Assembly (NCBI GenBank): GCA_951406725.2
Contig: OX597816.1
Span: 85,374,001-85,438,000 of the forward strand
DNA length: 64,000 bases
Origin: Octopus vulgaris
Taxonomy: Eukaryota
Direction: 5' to 3'
Of this stretch, positions 15,001-28,266 are shown piece after piece; positions within the stretch are counted from its first letter, which is position 1; every line of letters starts with the position of its first letter. A model generated the notes under the pieces. It was not told where the DNA came from. It did no database searches and saw nothing but the letters and a program-made list of their open reading frames with translations. The position numbers and the translations under genes were made by a program.

Positions 15001-16768
15001 TAGGCCCTATTTTATGTTGTCACTCTCCTAGAAATAGAAACAATTTCTCTCTCAACCCTCAAAGCATGCAGTTATAAAGATGAATGGCACATTTGAGATT
15101 ATAATTCTTCATGCGTTTTTTCTTCTTCTGAAAACAGGATTTAGTAAGTACCAGGAACCTTTTCAACACATTATATTTTGAAGGCTGATCTGAAACAAAA
15201 GTAAAGTGACTAACACATTGAAACATTTTACTAAGAAGAGCTGTGATAAGTTTTTTCTGTTATGTCTACTCAAAGTGATGCGGAACTGAAACGAGTTCCT
15301 TACCTAAGTATCCATCCGAGCATTATAGAGTGATCATTTAAATATCGTGCACATCATCATCATTTAATGAATATTGTATCAAAATTAACTTATCTTATGA
15401 TGATATTTGGCAGTCAAAACACAACAAGGGCTGAACAAAAATAAGAAAAACATCATCGTTGTGTACATACATTGCAAATTGTAGGATGCACCAACCATCA
15501 AAGGAGACTCTACGCTACCGATTGACTTACAAAAAAATCACTTAACATTCCTTCAAACCACACTACACTATAACATAAGTACATTATGAAAAAATGACAT
15601 ATTGAATGTTGTCTTACATCCACTGTAAGTAAACAATACAAAAAAATAAGATGTGGTGATCATGTCCAACAAGTCTTATGGTCTACGCTTTGTTTTCTCA
15701 GTGTTACGTACAACTAAAGGAGGATAGTAGTGACAAATATATGTGACAATAAATAGAAGATGCTTTCTAGAATTTTTTCAGACTTTTTCAGGAGAAGTAC
15801 AAAATTCTAATTTCCTCCGAAATAGGATCCTCCATCTTTAATATGTGCCTTTGTTTTATGTCTGTGACAACTTGACTGTTTTCACATAAAACATTAGCTA
15901 AATGAAAAAAAATATGTTTAGAGTGAAAACAAACGAAACAAGAAACAGGAATTATAGAAAATGTTTGAGTTGTACAGAACCTTCAAAGATTACTACTACC
16001 AGAAACTTGTTTCGATCAAAAGCATTGGTATCTTAATATTTGCACGGTATCTAAGTAGATTGCACTGAAAATTAAAGAAGTACATTGTGGTGTAAATTGC
16101 TACACTGATTGTTAAAAATTATTAAATTAAGCGGAGGAGAAATACATGTTAAGAATTGAGCCACTTAGATAATAAATCATTCAGATGTTATTTCTGTAGA
16201 CAGAACAATTGGATCACTGATTATCGAAACCGATATGATATCCATTTGCTTTTACCAATAATCCGATTTCCTTCATTTTATATATACAGGTTCCATTCGT
16301 CATTTTTGTCCTGTTATATATATTTCCAAACACGCTGTAGACATTGTGGATATATGCAATTAACTATCTTTTTTCCAAAGAAAATACGAAAAATATGACA
16401 AAATAAAGAAATATTTCAAACAGGGTAGTGTTTCTACAATAAAGCTCAAAGAAACCTGTTGGAATTATTGATTTATATCTTCAAAGAAATATTTCTAATT
16501 CAGCTAAACCCATATATTCACATATACACACAATGTGTATGTACGTATAAGGAGATGTAGATGTAAGCACGTATATGTGTATGTGTTTATACATGTGTGT
16601 ATTGTGTATACATATATAGTTCCAACACAGATACATACACACAGACACCTACACAAACACACATATATATATATATGTATTCTATTACACGTGTACAAAG
16701 TGAGTGTATATATATGTATATGATATGAGCAGCTATATATACCTGCATAACACACACATAAATAAGCC

Positions 16769-16812
<44 letters not shown>

Positions 16813-17379
16813 CAATACGATGTATGTTTATATGTCTCGTTTTATCTATCTCTTACATCGATTTGCAATTTTTCATCACAAATATATATCCGTCCTTATC
16901 AGCGCATGTGTATGCGCGAGTAAATGCTTTTTGTATATTTGTCCCCCGTATGTGAGTGTATGTGGTTGTGTGTGGGTATTTAACTATGCTTGCAAGTATG
17001 TTTTAGCAAATGTGTTATTTTGTTTCTTGAAGTAATCTTTTGTTTATCACCTTTCTCTATTTCCGTTTTTCCAACCATGGAAGCGAAAGTTTTTGTGTGA
17101 TGTTTGTTTGCTCTTTACGTTAGGCAACATATAACAGCCAATAAACAAATAAATTCAGTTATTGATATAGGTTATCTGTTATTAATATTTCTTGTCTTTA
17201 AACTTAGACACACATATTAAGAACCACATAAATATACTTATATGAAGAAGTAAATATGTTATTTACTAAACAAAGACGTGTAAATATTTATACACGCTCT
17301 CATACATATTTACATACACACGCATCATATGCGAATATATATTCCTTAAACATATTACTTTCACTCACTCTACTTACTC

Positions 17380-17380
<1 letters not shown>

Positions 17381-17425
<45 letters not shown>

Positions 17426-17470
17426 CATATATATGTACATATACACATACATATATATATATGTATATAT

Positions 17471-17542
<72 letters not shown>

Positions 17543-17578
17543 ATATATGTTATATATATATATATATATATATTTTAC

Positions 17579-17621
<43 letters not shown>

Positions 17622-17680
17622 TATGTATATACATACATACCTACACATATATGTATATATCTACGTATATATCTATATAT
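17381..17680. repeat. (TA)n-rich microsatellite
   Basis: Direct. Confidence 0.95.
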
Positions 17681-18110
17681 GTTAAATTATATCCCACTTA
17701 TAACGTAAACACATTAAAACAAAAATATATTCTCTGTGTGCTTATATATATGCATCGGGTATTTTCTTACAAATAGAAATGAATTTGATATATTATGGAG
17801 TATTTTTCATATCTCCTCTGAAGTTAAAATTTGCAACTTTAGAGAAAAGATAGAAAGCCCTGTAAATTTCAATATGGAATAAATAAAATAAAAGGGCAAC
17901 TCAATACTATCACAAAGGAGAGTTTTTTTTTAATGTGATTTACTTCTAAATCAAGTTTAATGCTAAATGTTTACATTAAACTACGGTGGTAAGAATAATA
18001 GGAGAGTAATATCGTATTTTCATGTGCTTTCTGCGAACCCATATACATATACATGCATGCTTATGTATGTATGTGTGTATGTATGTATATATCCCTCTAT
18101 CTATCTATAC

Positions 18111-18190
<80 letters not shown>

Positions 18191-18667
18191 CTTTATATAA
18201 TTAAGGGGTCAGTAAAATAATTTACTTTGCCACATACTGAAATTTTTAGAAATAGCAGCCAAAAAGTTTCTTTAGCCATTTCTACTACTTTAAGAAGAAT
18301 CTCCCTGATAGTGCTTACTCAAAAATAATTCATGTAGATCTGGAGGGAAAACAACAAAATATCACATGTACAAAGATTATTTGAGAACACTCACGTTTCT
18401 AGATTAGCCGAATTAAAACTCGACATTTCATTCGTCAGCTCAACACTTCTTAATTTGGATTTGAAAGCACTAAAAATAATGAACATACCCATCCGACATG
18501 AATCACCTCAGACGAACATCTCCAAACTGGTAGTGCTAGCGAATTCAAACAGTACAAGTAAAGAATCTATGTATATCCCACTTCCATCCACGTGAGTTAT
18601 CGAGTAAACATGGTTATAACGGTGAGAACCGCAGTAAAAGAGGAAACAGGGAGAAAGGAATTGTATT

Positions 18668-18823
18668 ATCAATAATTAAGGGTAAAATCAATTAGTTATT
18701 AATTAATTTCACCAAGTATTTTCAACAAATATTTTGAATACGCCTTGAATGGTCCTTTTACATACTGAACACTACTTGGTGAAATTAATTAATAACTAAT
18801 TGAATTTACCCTTAATTATTGAT
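18668..18823. repeat. 51-bp inverted repeat (18668-18718 / 18773-18823) with ~54-bp spacer, ending at a (TA)n tract
   Basis: atcaataattaagggtaaaatcaattag...accaagta and its reverse complement, 1 mismatch. Confidence 0.9.
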
Positions 18824-18983
18824 TATATATATATATAATAAGAAAAGTGCGGAGGAGAATTTCGATTATACCCACATAGTGAGTTGTAATGCAAAAAGAA
18901 TATTTATGTAATAAAATAAGGAAAATGCATATAGTTTTAATATATTTTTAAAATACATTTTGTAAGTGAAAGTGTATTATGTG

Positions 18984-19016
18984 TGTCGACCGGTTTCACT
19001 TTAGCTAATCCTGACA
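18984..19016 (-). ncRNA. Minimal hammerhead ribozyme motif (decayed, A3-U8 type)
   Basis: tgtc AGGATTA gc-taaa-gt GAAA ccgg TC gaca; U4 mutated to G. Confidence 0.65.
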
Positions 19017-20028
19017 TTCATATTATTGTAATTTCGCATTTTCTTAAAAATATCTAAGTCCATGTCGTGTATGGGAGTTTGTGAATGAAATGAATCAACA
19101 GACATAAATATCTAAGGGATGGTAATTGGTATAAACATATATACAAAACCTCAAATGCTAAAGTAGTGGGATGAAAACACTAACAGAAACATAGCGTAAC
19201 ACCACACCACGTCTCAAAACACTACCATATATATCAACTCACAACCCTAGAAACAACGAGGCATACAACACTTGTACAAAATCTATCTATGCTCACTAGG
19301 GATCCAGAAATGAACAACACTCTGAAAACATAAATTCATGAAATGCAAAAAGCAACACAAATCATTGTCATGATCGCTGATAAATGCGAAGCTTTACACA
19401 ACAACCACGGAACCAATAGTTAAATAATGGGGAAGCCCAAAATGTGGAACATTCCCGAACCTGTTGGAAGACTCGGAATTCCTATTGGAACAAGGAGAGA
19501 TGTTCACAATTAAAGCCTTGTGCTTCCGAAAACCTAAATGCGTTATAACTTGTTCAGGTTGTAGGTATTACTAAATAGACAGAAAAGGATGCTACTTCGT
19601 TTCCCCACCGTACAGATATATTCCTCTGAGGGAACAAATAAAGAGATGAGTAGATATTATCCAACCAAACTTCACAGTTTTCCCTATCTACCAGTGCGAA
19701 GAAACAGTATTTGTACAAGAATGTTTATAGAAAATTTAATTATCGAAAAGTACAGAACACACCTAAATAAGAGTATATATTTTAATTCATGTTCACACAT
19801 CCATCACTGTAAATACTTCATCTCACTACCTTAGGTTGTGAGATTTTTGTATATTTATTTATCCCCTCTTCAAAATATGATCAATTACCTCCCCTGTTCC
19901 ATATAATAACGATCACATATAACCTCCTCTTAGATTTGTCTCCCTGCTGATTCATTTCATTTACAAACTCCCATACACGACGTGGACTAAAATCTTCTTA
20001 AGAAAATACGAAATTACAATAATTCCAA

Positions 20029-20061
20029 TGTCATGATTAGCGAAAGCGAAACTGATCGACA
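20029..20061 (+). ncRNA. Minimal hammerhead ribozyme motif, A3-U8 core variant
   Basis: tgtc ATGATTA gc-gaaa-gc GAAA ctga TC gaca. Stem I tgtc/gaca, GNRA-capped 2-bp stem II, stem III decayed from ccgg. Confidence 0.7.
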
Positions 20062-20136
20062 AGTACGATACTCTTTCACTTACAAAATATATTTTAGAAT
20101 ATATTAAAATTATGTATAAGCTATGTTTATTTTCCT

Positions 20137-20225
<89 letters not shown>

Positions 20226-20419
20226 TATATATATATATATGCTTTTATATATGAATTTATGACCTGCACACGATATGTTGACAAAGTTCCTCACAGTCTA
20301 GCAAAAAATTACCTATCCCTGAATACGTATGAATCAACAACGTTCTTTCATGTGTTGTCATTAAGTAATACATATCTTCGTCGAAGTTTAGCTGAAAGCT
20401 ATCTAAATCTATATATTTA

Positions 20420-20664
20420 GTATATATATATATGCACACGCAAATACATTGTATATATATGTATGTTATGTATGTATATGTTATATATGTGTATGTGTGT
20501 GCGTTGTGTGTGTATGTGTGGATATATGTATGCATTATGTGTGTGTATGTATTGATATGTGTATATGTGGTGTATATATGTATATATATGTGTATTGTAT
20601 ATATATGTATATATGTATGCATTGTATATGTGTATATGTGAATGCATTGTAAGTGTGTGTGTGC

Positions 20665-20714
<50 letters not shown>

Positions 20715-21660
20715 CATTATATGTATGTGCATTGTGTATATATATATTATACGTATGTGTGTTGTATATATATGTATACACGTATATACATTATATGTAT
20801 ATATTGTGTATATATGTTATATGTATATATTGTGTATGTGTATTATGTATATGCTGTGTATGTGTGTTATATGTATATATGTGTTATGTGTATATATGTT
20901 GTATGTATATTATGTATGTATATATGTGTGTATTATGTATGTGTGTGTTATATGTATGTATATGTTGTGTGTGTGTATTATATGTATATGTGTGTGTGTG
21001 TGGTGTGTGTGTGATGTGTGTGTGGTATGTATATGTAGTGTGTATGTATGGCCCGCACACATGCGTAGACACATGTATGCATGTATATACACACACAAGG
21101 ACGCGTGCACCCACGCCGTGTGTACGCACACACACAAGCACATACTCAATACCAACACACGCAGGACACATATACACGCATGCCGCACGGATACACCCAA
21201 CAGACATGGACACACATGCGAACAAACACATACACACTAACGCACGCGCAACACACTAATAGACATTAACCACACACATACACACACACACAAACGGGCA
21301 CACATATACACACACCATCCTACCCCAAAAAATTCTTTAAACAACACACATCTATTTACACCACCTTGGAATCAATCAAAAACAGCCCCCACACATGCAC
21401 AAACACATGTATACATGTATATGCACACACACAAGGACACACACACTCACACCAATCTCACCTCCATACAGACACACATATACACACGCAGCACCATGCC
21501 AAATGCCATCCACACACATACATACACACACACACACAACACCAAGACAACCACACACGCGGTTGACAAACGGACACACCATCCTATCATATCTTACAGA
21601 CACACAGACACATCTATTCACACCGCATATGTATGTATGCACGCACATACACACACAAAG
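20420..21660. repeat. Long degenerate TG/TA-rich then CA-rich low-complexity tract
   Basis: Direct. Strand bias flips near 21050. Confidence 0.9.
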
Positions 21661-22032
21661 ACCCATCCTGACCCCAAAATCATTGATGCTTGAAGGAGAG
21701 ACAAAAAAAGGAAAAAATAAGTTTACATTATTTTCAGTTCCACATTTCTCCTCCTAAAACGGACAGGTCAGTTTTAGCTTCACCGCTATTATAATGTAAA
21801 TCTTTTTGAACTCATAATATTCTCTACGTGTATACTGAACTTTTTTAATAATTCCTCCTGGAAATTATCTTGAGATGTATAATATATTTGTCGTAATCTT
21901 TTGTGCCCAATATTTTAAGGAACTTGTTGAACTTTTTTTATGTCCTTAACATGTCCCAGTTACCAAAGACTGTATATATGTAATGTAGCAATTTGCAACA
22001 ACCAATAATTAACGCAACCAAACTTCTACATG

Positions 22033-22077
22033 TTACTTTTGACAATCTTTTTCCAAAGAGTGAAACCGGTAAAGTAA
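22033..22077 (+). ncRNA. Minimal hammerhead ribozyme motif, U3-A8 core variant, in a PLE-type 3' end
   Basis: ttactt TTGACAA tcttt-ttcc-aaaga gt GAAA ccgg TA aagtaa. 6-bp stem I, palindromic a-ccgg-t stem III, (TA)n ~40 bp downstream. Confidence 0.7.
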
Positions 22078-22130
22078 ATAAACATCTTTTAAATTGCATT
22101 TTCAAACCTTCTCTCGTATATATATATATA

Positions 22131-22186
22131 TCCCTTCTCCTCTCTGATTCCTTCTTTCTCTCTCTTCTCTCTCTTTGTTGCGTTTG

Positions 22187-22220
<34 letters not shown>

Positions 22221-23596
22221 TTTGCTTCTCTTTCTTTTCTTTTCCCTCTTCTCTGTCACGTGACTGTTGGCCGAAATCTGCCTTTCAGCTCCTGACCTCG
22301 TCCTGTTAACATCGCTGTTTTCGTCCGCCGCTATAAAGGCTTTTTCCATTGCGCCAGAGAAAAAATTTGTTTGCTTGTTATCAGTCGTAAGACACTGTTG
22401 TTTTCACCGTTAATGCTTCTGTATTTCATGTTTCTGTATTCCATTATTGTTTTTTGTTTTTTTTATATCTGTCCCTTTTGCTGTCCTGGTGTTCGTATGC
22501 ATTCGATCCTTCTTCCAGGAAATCTACGCTTCCAGCTTAGTTTTTCTAATGCTCGTTGCTTAGTTTTTCTTGGAGGGCTGGCCGTGATCTAGTAATCTCA
22601 AGATTAATCAGCCGAAATTACTACGATGATCCGGTTCTTGACTGAAGACTGAGGGGTTCGAATGTCCTGTCCATGTTTATTGTATCGTCTTCTAAGAATT
22701 ATACGTTCTTGTCCATGTTGTATTTTTCTACATACCTTAACATATATTCCAGGCGCCCCGTACCCCCCTTATCATTAATGTGAGCACATATTCTTAATAA
22801 TTGGTACGACTCTCTGTTTGTCTCTCTCTCTCTCTCTCTCTCATTTTTACTTGATCTGTCCCCCTCTCTCTCTTTTCTCTCCACTCATCCTCTTTTTCTC
22901 TTCTCTTTCCTCTGATTCTTTGGTCTAGTCTTCCACTACCCTCCTATTTCTTTGTCTCGCTCTGCACTCACAGGTCATTCTTCGACACCCATCCCTTCTC
23001 CTCTCTGATTCCTTCTTTCTCTCTCTTCTCTCTCTTTGTTGCGTTTGTCCCTCCTCTCTCTCTCTCTCTCTCTCTCTTCCTTTGCTTCTCTTTCTTTTCT
23101 TTTCCCTCTTCTCTGTCACGTGACTGTTGGCCGAAATCTGCCTTTCAGCTCCTGACCTCGTCCTGTTAACATCGCTGTTTTCGTCCGCCGCTATAAAGGC
23201 TTTTTCCATTGCGCCAGAGAAAAAATTTGTTTGCTTGTTATCAGTCGTAAGACACTGTTGTTTTCACCGTTAATGCTTCTGTATTTCATGTTTCTGTATT
23301 CCATTATTGTTTTTTGTTTTTTTATATCTGTCCCTTTTGCTGTCCTGGTGTTCGTATGCATTCGATCCTTCTTCCAGGAAATCTACGCTTCCAGCTTAGT
23401 TTTTCTAATGCTCGTTGCTTAGTTTTTCTTGGAGGGCTGGCCGTGATCTAGTAATCTCAAGATTAATCAGCCGAAATTACTACGATGATCCGGTTCTTGA
23501 CTGAAGACTGAGGGTTTCGAATGTCCTGTCCGTGTTTATTGTATCGTCTTCTAAGAGTTATACGTTCTTGTCCATGTTGTATTTTTTACATACCTT
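22131..23596. mobile_element. Non-coding element with ~607-bp near-identical direct repeats (22131-22738, 22992-23596) and 253-bp internal segment, period 861 bp
   Basis: The two copies are nearly identical by eye. (TA)n on both sides, no protein motif. Confidence 0.9.
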
Positions 23597-23801
23597 TATA
23601 TATATATATAGAGAGAGAGATAGATAGATAAGAAAGTTTGTTTGGTAAAGCACGTGGGTGAATATATAAGAAAATAGTAAAGAGTGAAAAAATGGCAGAA
23701 GGCTTAAATGTTAAAAAATATATATATTTGCGTCAAAATGTCTGGAGAATATTGGAAAAAAATTTTTCCCTCCTTAAAATGACATAATTTTATAATTTTT
23801 A

Positions 23802-23840
23802 AAGAAATACCGGTTTCGCAGTTAGCTCTTCAAATTTCTT
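23802..23840 (-). ncRNA. Minimal hammerhead ribozyme motif (U3.G8)
   Basis: aagaaa t TTGAAGA gc-taact-gc GAAA ccgg TA tttctt. Confidence 0.75.
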
Positions 23841-23967
23841 GTGACTTAATGTTTATTTTTAATAACGTAATCCTTGTATTTTTGCTACGGAGAGTTCTAA
23901 AGAAGGGAAAGTAGTGAGTGATTTCTTCCGGTGTAAGGGAGATAATCGCTTAAAACATTTTTTTCCT

Positions 23968-24664
23968 TTAATGTGAATTTCTCTGTATTATTGAGTTCGG
24001 ATAGTTGAGTCTGGGTTTGTACTTTTCAATGAAGAATGTTTCCTTATTTAGTCTAATTTGTGATGATGATCCGAAAGCACATTGGTAAAATGGAAAGATT
24101 AAAAATTGTGGTTGTAGTTGCTTTGCGCATTTCTCAATGTGTTCACTAAAAGGTATCATTCTATATTCTGGGAATGCAATCTGTTGTCGATGCAGTGTGC
24201 ATCTACGTCTGAGTGATAGTCCCGTGGACCCCACGTAGTCTTGGTGGCAGCCCGAGCATTTAATGACATAAATTATGTTTTCAGAGGCACAAGTAAAGTT
24301 AGATTTGATCTTGAATTTCTGTCCCTCTTTAAAGAAGAATTCTGATCCTTCCAATAGGTTAGGACATGTTGCACAGTTCGATCTACCACATTTTTTTACT
24401 TTTGCATCCGTAATTTTAGAAGACAATTTTGCCTTTGTGAGAATCTTTTTAAGTGATTTAGGCTGTTTGTAGCTTTTAATGATTTGGTGTATGTTTAGAA
24501 TTTCCTTTAATTTGGGTTTTTTTATGAAGTATTGGTAAATTCTGGGTGATGATGGTGAAAGCTTCTTTGTTTCTGGGGTTGTATGTAGATATGTAAGGTA
24601 GTATTTTCGGGGAAGGTATGTTGTTGTGTTGAACTTTTCTTAAAGTTTCTATGTTGATTTCTGT
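23968..24664 (-). pseudogene. PLE ORF C-terminus: Cys-rich linker plus GIY-YIG endonuclease (5'-truncated, one frameshift near 24520)
   Basis: LPYISTYNPRN..QPKSLKKIL..CGRSNCATC..NIIYVIKCSGCHQDYVGST..R...H..E.FFIEKYKPRLN. The CxxxxCxxC finger before GIY-YIG is typical of Neptune-type PLEs. Confidence 0.92.
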
Positions 24665-24744
24665 AACCCCAAATTAAAGGAAATTCTAAACATACACCAA
24701 ATCATTAAAAGCTACAAACAGCCTAAATCACTTAAAAGATTCTC

Positions 24745-25156
24745 GAACTGTGCAACATGTCCTAACCTATTGGAAGGATCAGAATTCTTCTTTAAAGAGG
24801 GACAGAAATTCAAGATCAAATCTAACTTTACTTGTGCCTCTGAAAACATAATTTATATCATTAAATGCTCGGGCTGCCACCAAGACTACGTGGGGTCCAC
24901 GGGACTATCACTCAGACGTAGATGCACACTGCATCGACAACAGATTGCATTCCCAGAATATAGAATGATACCTTTTAGTGAACACATTGAGAAACGCGCA
25001 AAGCAACTACAACCACAATTTTTAATCTTTCCATTTTACCAATGTGCTTTCAGATCATCATCACAAATTAGACTAAATAAGGAAACATTCTTCATTGAAA
25101 AGTACAAACCCAGACTCAACTATCCGAACTCAATAATACAGAGAAATTCACACTAA
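24745..25156 (+). pseudogene. Inverted copy of the PLE GIY-YIG endonuclease C-terminus
   Basis: Near-identical translation to the minus copy. A ~59-nt deletion removes part of the Cys finger. Confidence 0.9.
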
Positions 25157-25283
25157 AGGAAAAAAATTTTTTAAGCGATTATCTCCCTTACACCGGAAGA
25201 AATCACTCACTACTTTCCCTTCTTTAGAACTCTCCGTAGCAAAAATACAAGGATTACGTTATTAAAAATAAACATTAAGTCAC

Positions 25284-25322
25284 AAGAAATTTGAAGAGCT
25301 AACTGCGAAACCGGTATTACTT
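25284..25322 (+). ncRNA. Minimal hammerhead ribozyme motif (U3.G8), inverted-arm copy
   Basis: aagaaa t TTGAAGA gc-taact-gc GAAA ccgg TA ttactt. Confidence 0.7.
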
Positions 25323-26279
25323 TAAAAATTATAAAATTATGTCATTTTAAGGAGGGAAAAAAATTTTTCCAATATTTCCAGACATTTTGACGCAAATATA
25401 TATATTTTTTAACATTTAAGCCTTCTGTCGTTTTTTCCCTCTTTACTATTTTCTTATATATATATATATATATATATATAATCTGTTCTGTCTGGCTCTC
25501 TGTTTGTGCGCTTATAACTCAAGTATTGTCCATCCGATAGCGCTGAAATTTTAAACATTTTAAACACCTGCGCCTATATGTTTTTATTGCAGGACTAATT
25601 GAATCTGGTGTGTTGCTTCTTGCTTTGTCTGCAATGATAGATATATTATATTTATATATCTATGATAGATATATTCTCTTTAAGTCGGATACATATAGGT
25701 TGTGTGAGAAATGCCTTTTTCCTGTTTCGGGATAATTGTCTTGTAACTGACTGCTTTAAATCACAGATGTCTTGATGAATTCATCTTTATGGATTATACT
25801 ATAAATTTGCTATGGCAATAGAATTAAAAGTGAACTGCGCTAGCTACTTATTACTTGTCTTCAAACGTGATGTGTCTCTTCATCAGTTGCATCCATGAGA
25901 TAACACTTTCGATATCAACCCTTACCCTTTATAAAGAAGGAGGAAATTTTACCTAATCAGTCGTTAAAGTTGTGAGACGAGTCTTTCTCTCGTCAAACAC
26001 TATCTACATAACAGTTACCATGAATAAAACAGTGTCCAATATGAAAAAATATGGTGAGATCATGCATCAAACGTATTTATTCATACGCCCATAAGGAAAC
26101 CCACAATATAACCAGCATCCATTACAGACACCATAAAAATATTTCTCAAACCAACCTCCATCACGTTCATGGTCGGACAGTTACGTAATCTGCATTTCTT
26201 GGTTATATGTTTTTATAGTTATACTTACCTTAGGCGTGAAAACCATTCGGCTTTGACATTGGTGAATTGCAACAAACAT

Positions 26280-26727
26280 GTAGAGTTTAGGTGGAAGCAT
26301 CAATCAATTTTTTGTTATACACGTTTTACCGCAAAGCCAGCCATGGGTGGGGGGGATTTCATTACAATCACCCCAAAAGAATGAAAAGCAAACTCGACTC
26401 CGGTGGCATTTGAATTCAGAACGTAAATTCGGAATAAATGCCGCTAAGAATTTTATCCGACTCACGCAACAACGATTCTACAGGTACGCTGCCTTAGAAT
26501 ATTAGACTAATTTTGATTTTACATTTCGGCAGAAGTCCAGCGTTTTCGGAGGAACGGGTAAGTTGATTACATCGACCTTAGTGTTCAACTGGTGTTATTT
26601 TAACTACTCCGGACGGATGAAGGGCAAAATCGATCTCAGTGGTATTTGAACTCACAACGAAAGGACGGGCGATATATCACTATGCAATTTTCCAGGCATG
26701 CTAACGATTCTGCTAGTTTAGTGCGTT
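26280..26727 (-). mobile_element. Two tandem decayed SINE copies (same old family as 6.3 kb); further fragments to ~27250
   Basis: Repeated ggcatttgaattcagaacg / ggtatttgaactcacaacg followed by aacgattct. Confidence 0.65.
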
Positions 26728-28266
26728 AAAATATCGGACTAATGTTACTAAAATTAATTTATTTTCACAATAGCACATGATCATAGTTGTTTGCAAAGGG
26801 AATGCTTACGTTCGGATTCGATAATATAAGAACCCGTAGAGTACTGAGATCTATGTAATCGACCTACCTCTACCCTTTAATTGCTAACTTTCTGCCAAAA
26901 TTTCAAACCAATATTAGGATGCAGATAGAGACGAGATGGTATGAACTGCTTTTGAGTCGTTGGACATCGGTGAGTTCACGCAGACAATTTAATCCATTTT
27001 ATTATATGAACCACGTGATTAATACTTTTTTTAAAAAATTTGGCTACACAGTCAGCAATTTTAGAGCCGAGGATTAAGTCATTTCCATCGAATCTCAGTA
27101 CTCCAAAAAGATGGAAATGCTCGGCGGCTTTTGAGCTCAGAACCTACTGTATCAGAAAAAAATGTGCTCACCACGTTCAACGCAGTGGTTAGTATATCGA
27201 TATCAAAACGAAAGCGAGATTGCAAACTGTCGAGATTTGAACTCAGATACTAGGAAGATGAAATTACATACTTTGAAGGAGCTTATACGGTGAGAAACTG
27301 TCTGGCTGTTTCTATAATGTTTCTATACAGGATATCGACTGGTAATGTAGCTTATTTGACTTTCTCTATTACTGATCAGATCTTCAGCTTCTTTTGTATT
27401 AACATAACATTTTTCAAAATTCGAGGCAGATGAATGTGAAAACATCGAAATACGTCAAATGAAATAAAAGTAAATAAATGAAATAAAATAAAGGGAAAAT
27501 ACTTCACAAACAAGAAAAATCAATTAGAGTTCGGGTTCATCTAGTTGATAAATCTCATTTAATTCATGTGGTATGAATGGTAATGTAATATGTTTTACCT
27601 TGAAATATTCAATCCACTTTTTGTATCACATCAAAGAGGAATTTGTAATTTAAAACTTTTTTTTTATCTGTTGGAGATATAGTGTTATATAAGCTTATAT
27701 GAACAAGCTTAAATAGGTTCAGGTAGGAAAAGTGACTATGTGTAATACAGGAAAGTAATATACTTGCTATTTGTTTCACTACTTCAAATAAGACTTTGCA
27801 AATATTTGGATTGCAACAAACTCTTCAGTACACTACTTGTATTAAAAACTCCGCTTACTTTGACTACAGAAAACGAATAACCAAATTAATATTTGCGTTT
27901 CTATCCAACGATATTCTTCACATTGGGTAGGATATGATAAACAAAATATTTAATTTCCACACATTGTGTGTCAAATGTAATTTAAACGTGAAGTGCATTA
28001 AACATGTCTAAAACGAGAGAATAGTGGCTGAAAGCAGAAATTTGTATGGTTCACAGTACATTCAGCATATATATCCGAATAAATGAACCTTGTGAGACAA
28101 TTTATACATCAGATATAACATTGTATGTAGGTTGACAATGTCCTTCAGTAAGGGACAAAAGGAAAACGCTTCCTACGCTAACCAGTTGTTATATTTTATA
28201 CGCTATACGAATTCAGTCAGACAAAATATTGAAACTGAGGAAGATGGCTTAATGAAAATAGAAAAT

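Larger units (their letters stand above)
18840..20142 (+). mobile_element. 5'-truncated Penelope-like element (decayed GIY-YIG endonuclease ~19200-19775) with an inverted pLTR copy upstream (~18905-19116 vs ~19928-20140)
   Basis: Frameshifted motifs LPYISTHNPRN, CASENL, ITCSGC and IEKYRxHLN parallel the 24-kb element. The terminal arms are diverged reverse complements. Bounded by (TA)n. Confidence 0.85.
23610..25460. mobile_element. Penelope-like retroelement insertion as an inverted pair: minus copy 23610-24664, plus copy 24665-25460
   Basis: Arms ~23662-24518 and ~24665-25460 are near-identical reverse complements. Both encode the GIY-YIG domain and an HHR. Flanked by (TA)n/(GA)n. Confidence 0.95.

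Noticed and set aside
22640-22672. CTGAAGA...GAA as a hammerhead in the 607-bp repeat
   Set aside because: No stem I or stem II pairing, and GAAA is incomplete.
22089-23209. Duplicated MEKAFIAADEN ORFs
   Set aside because: They run into (GA)n repeats and differ in frame between copies; likely incidental.
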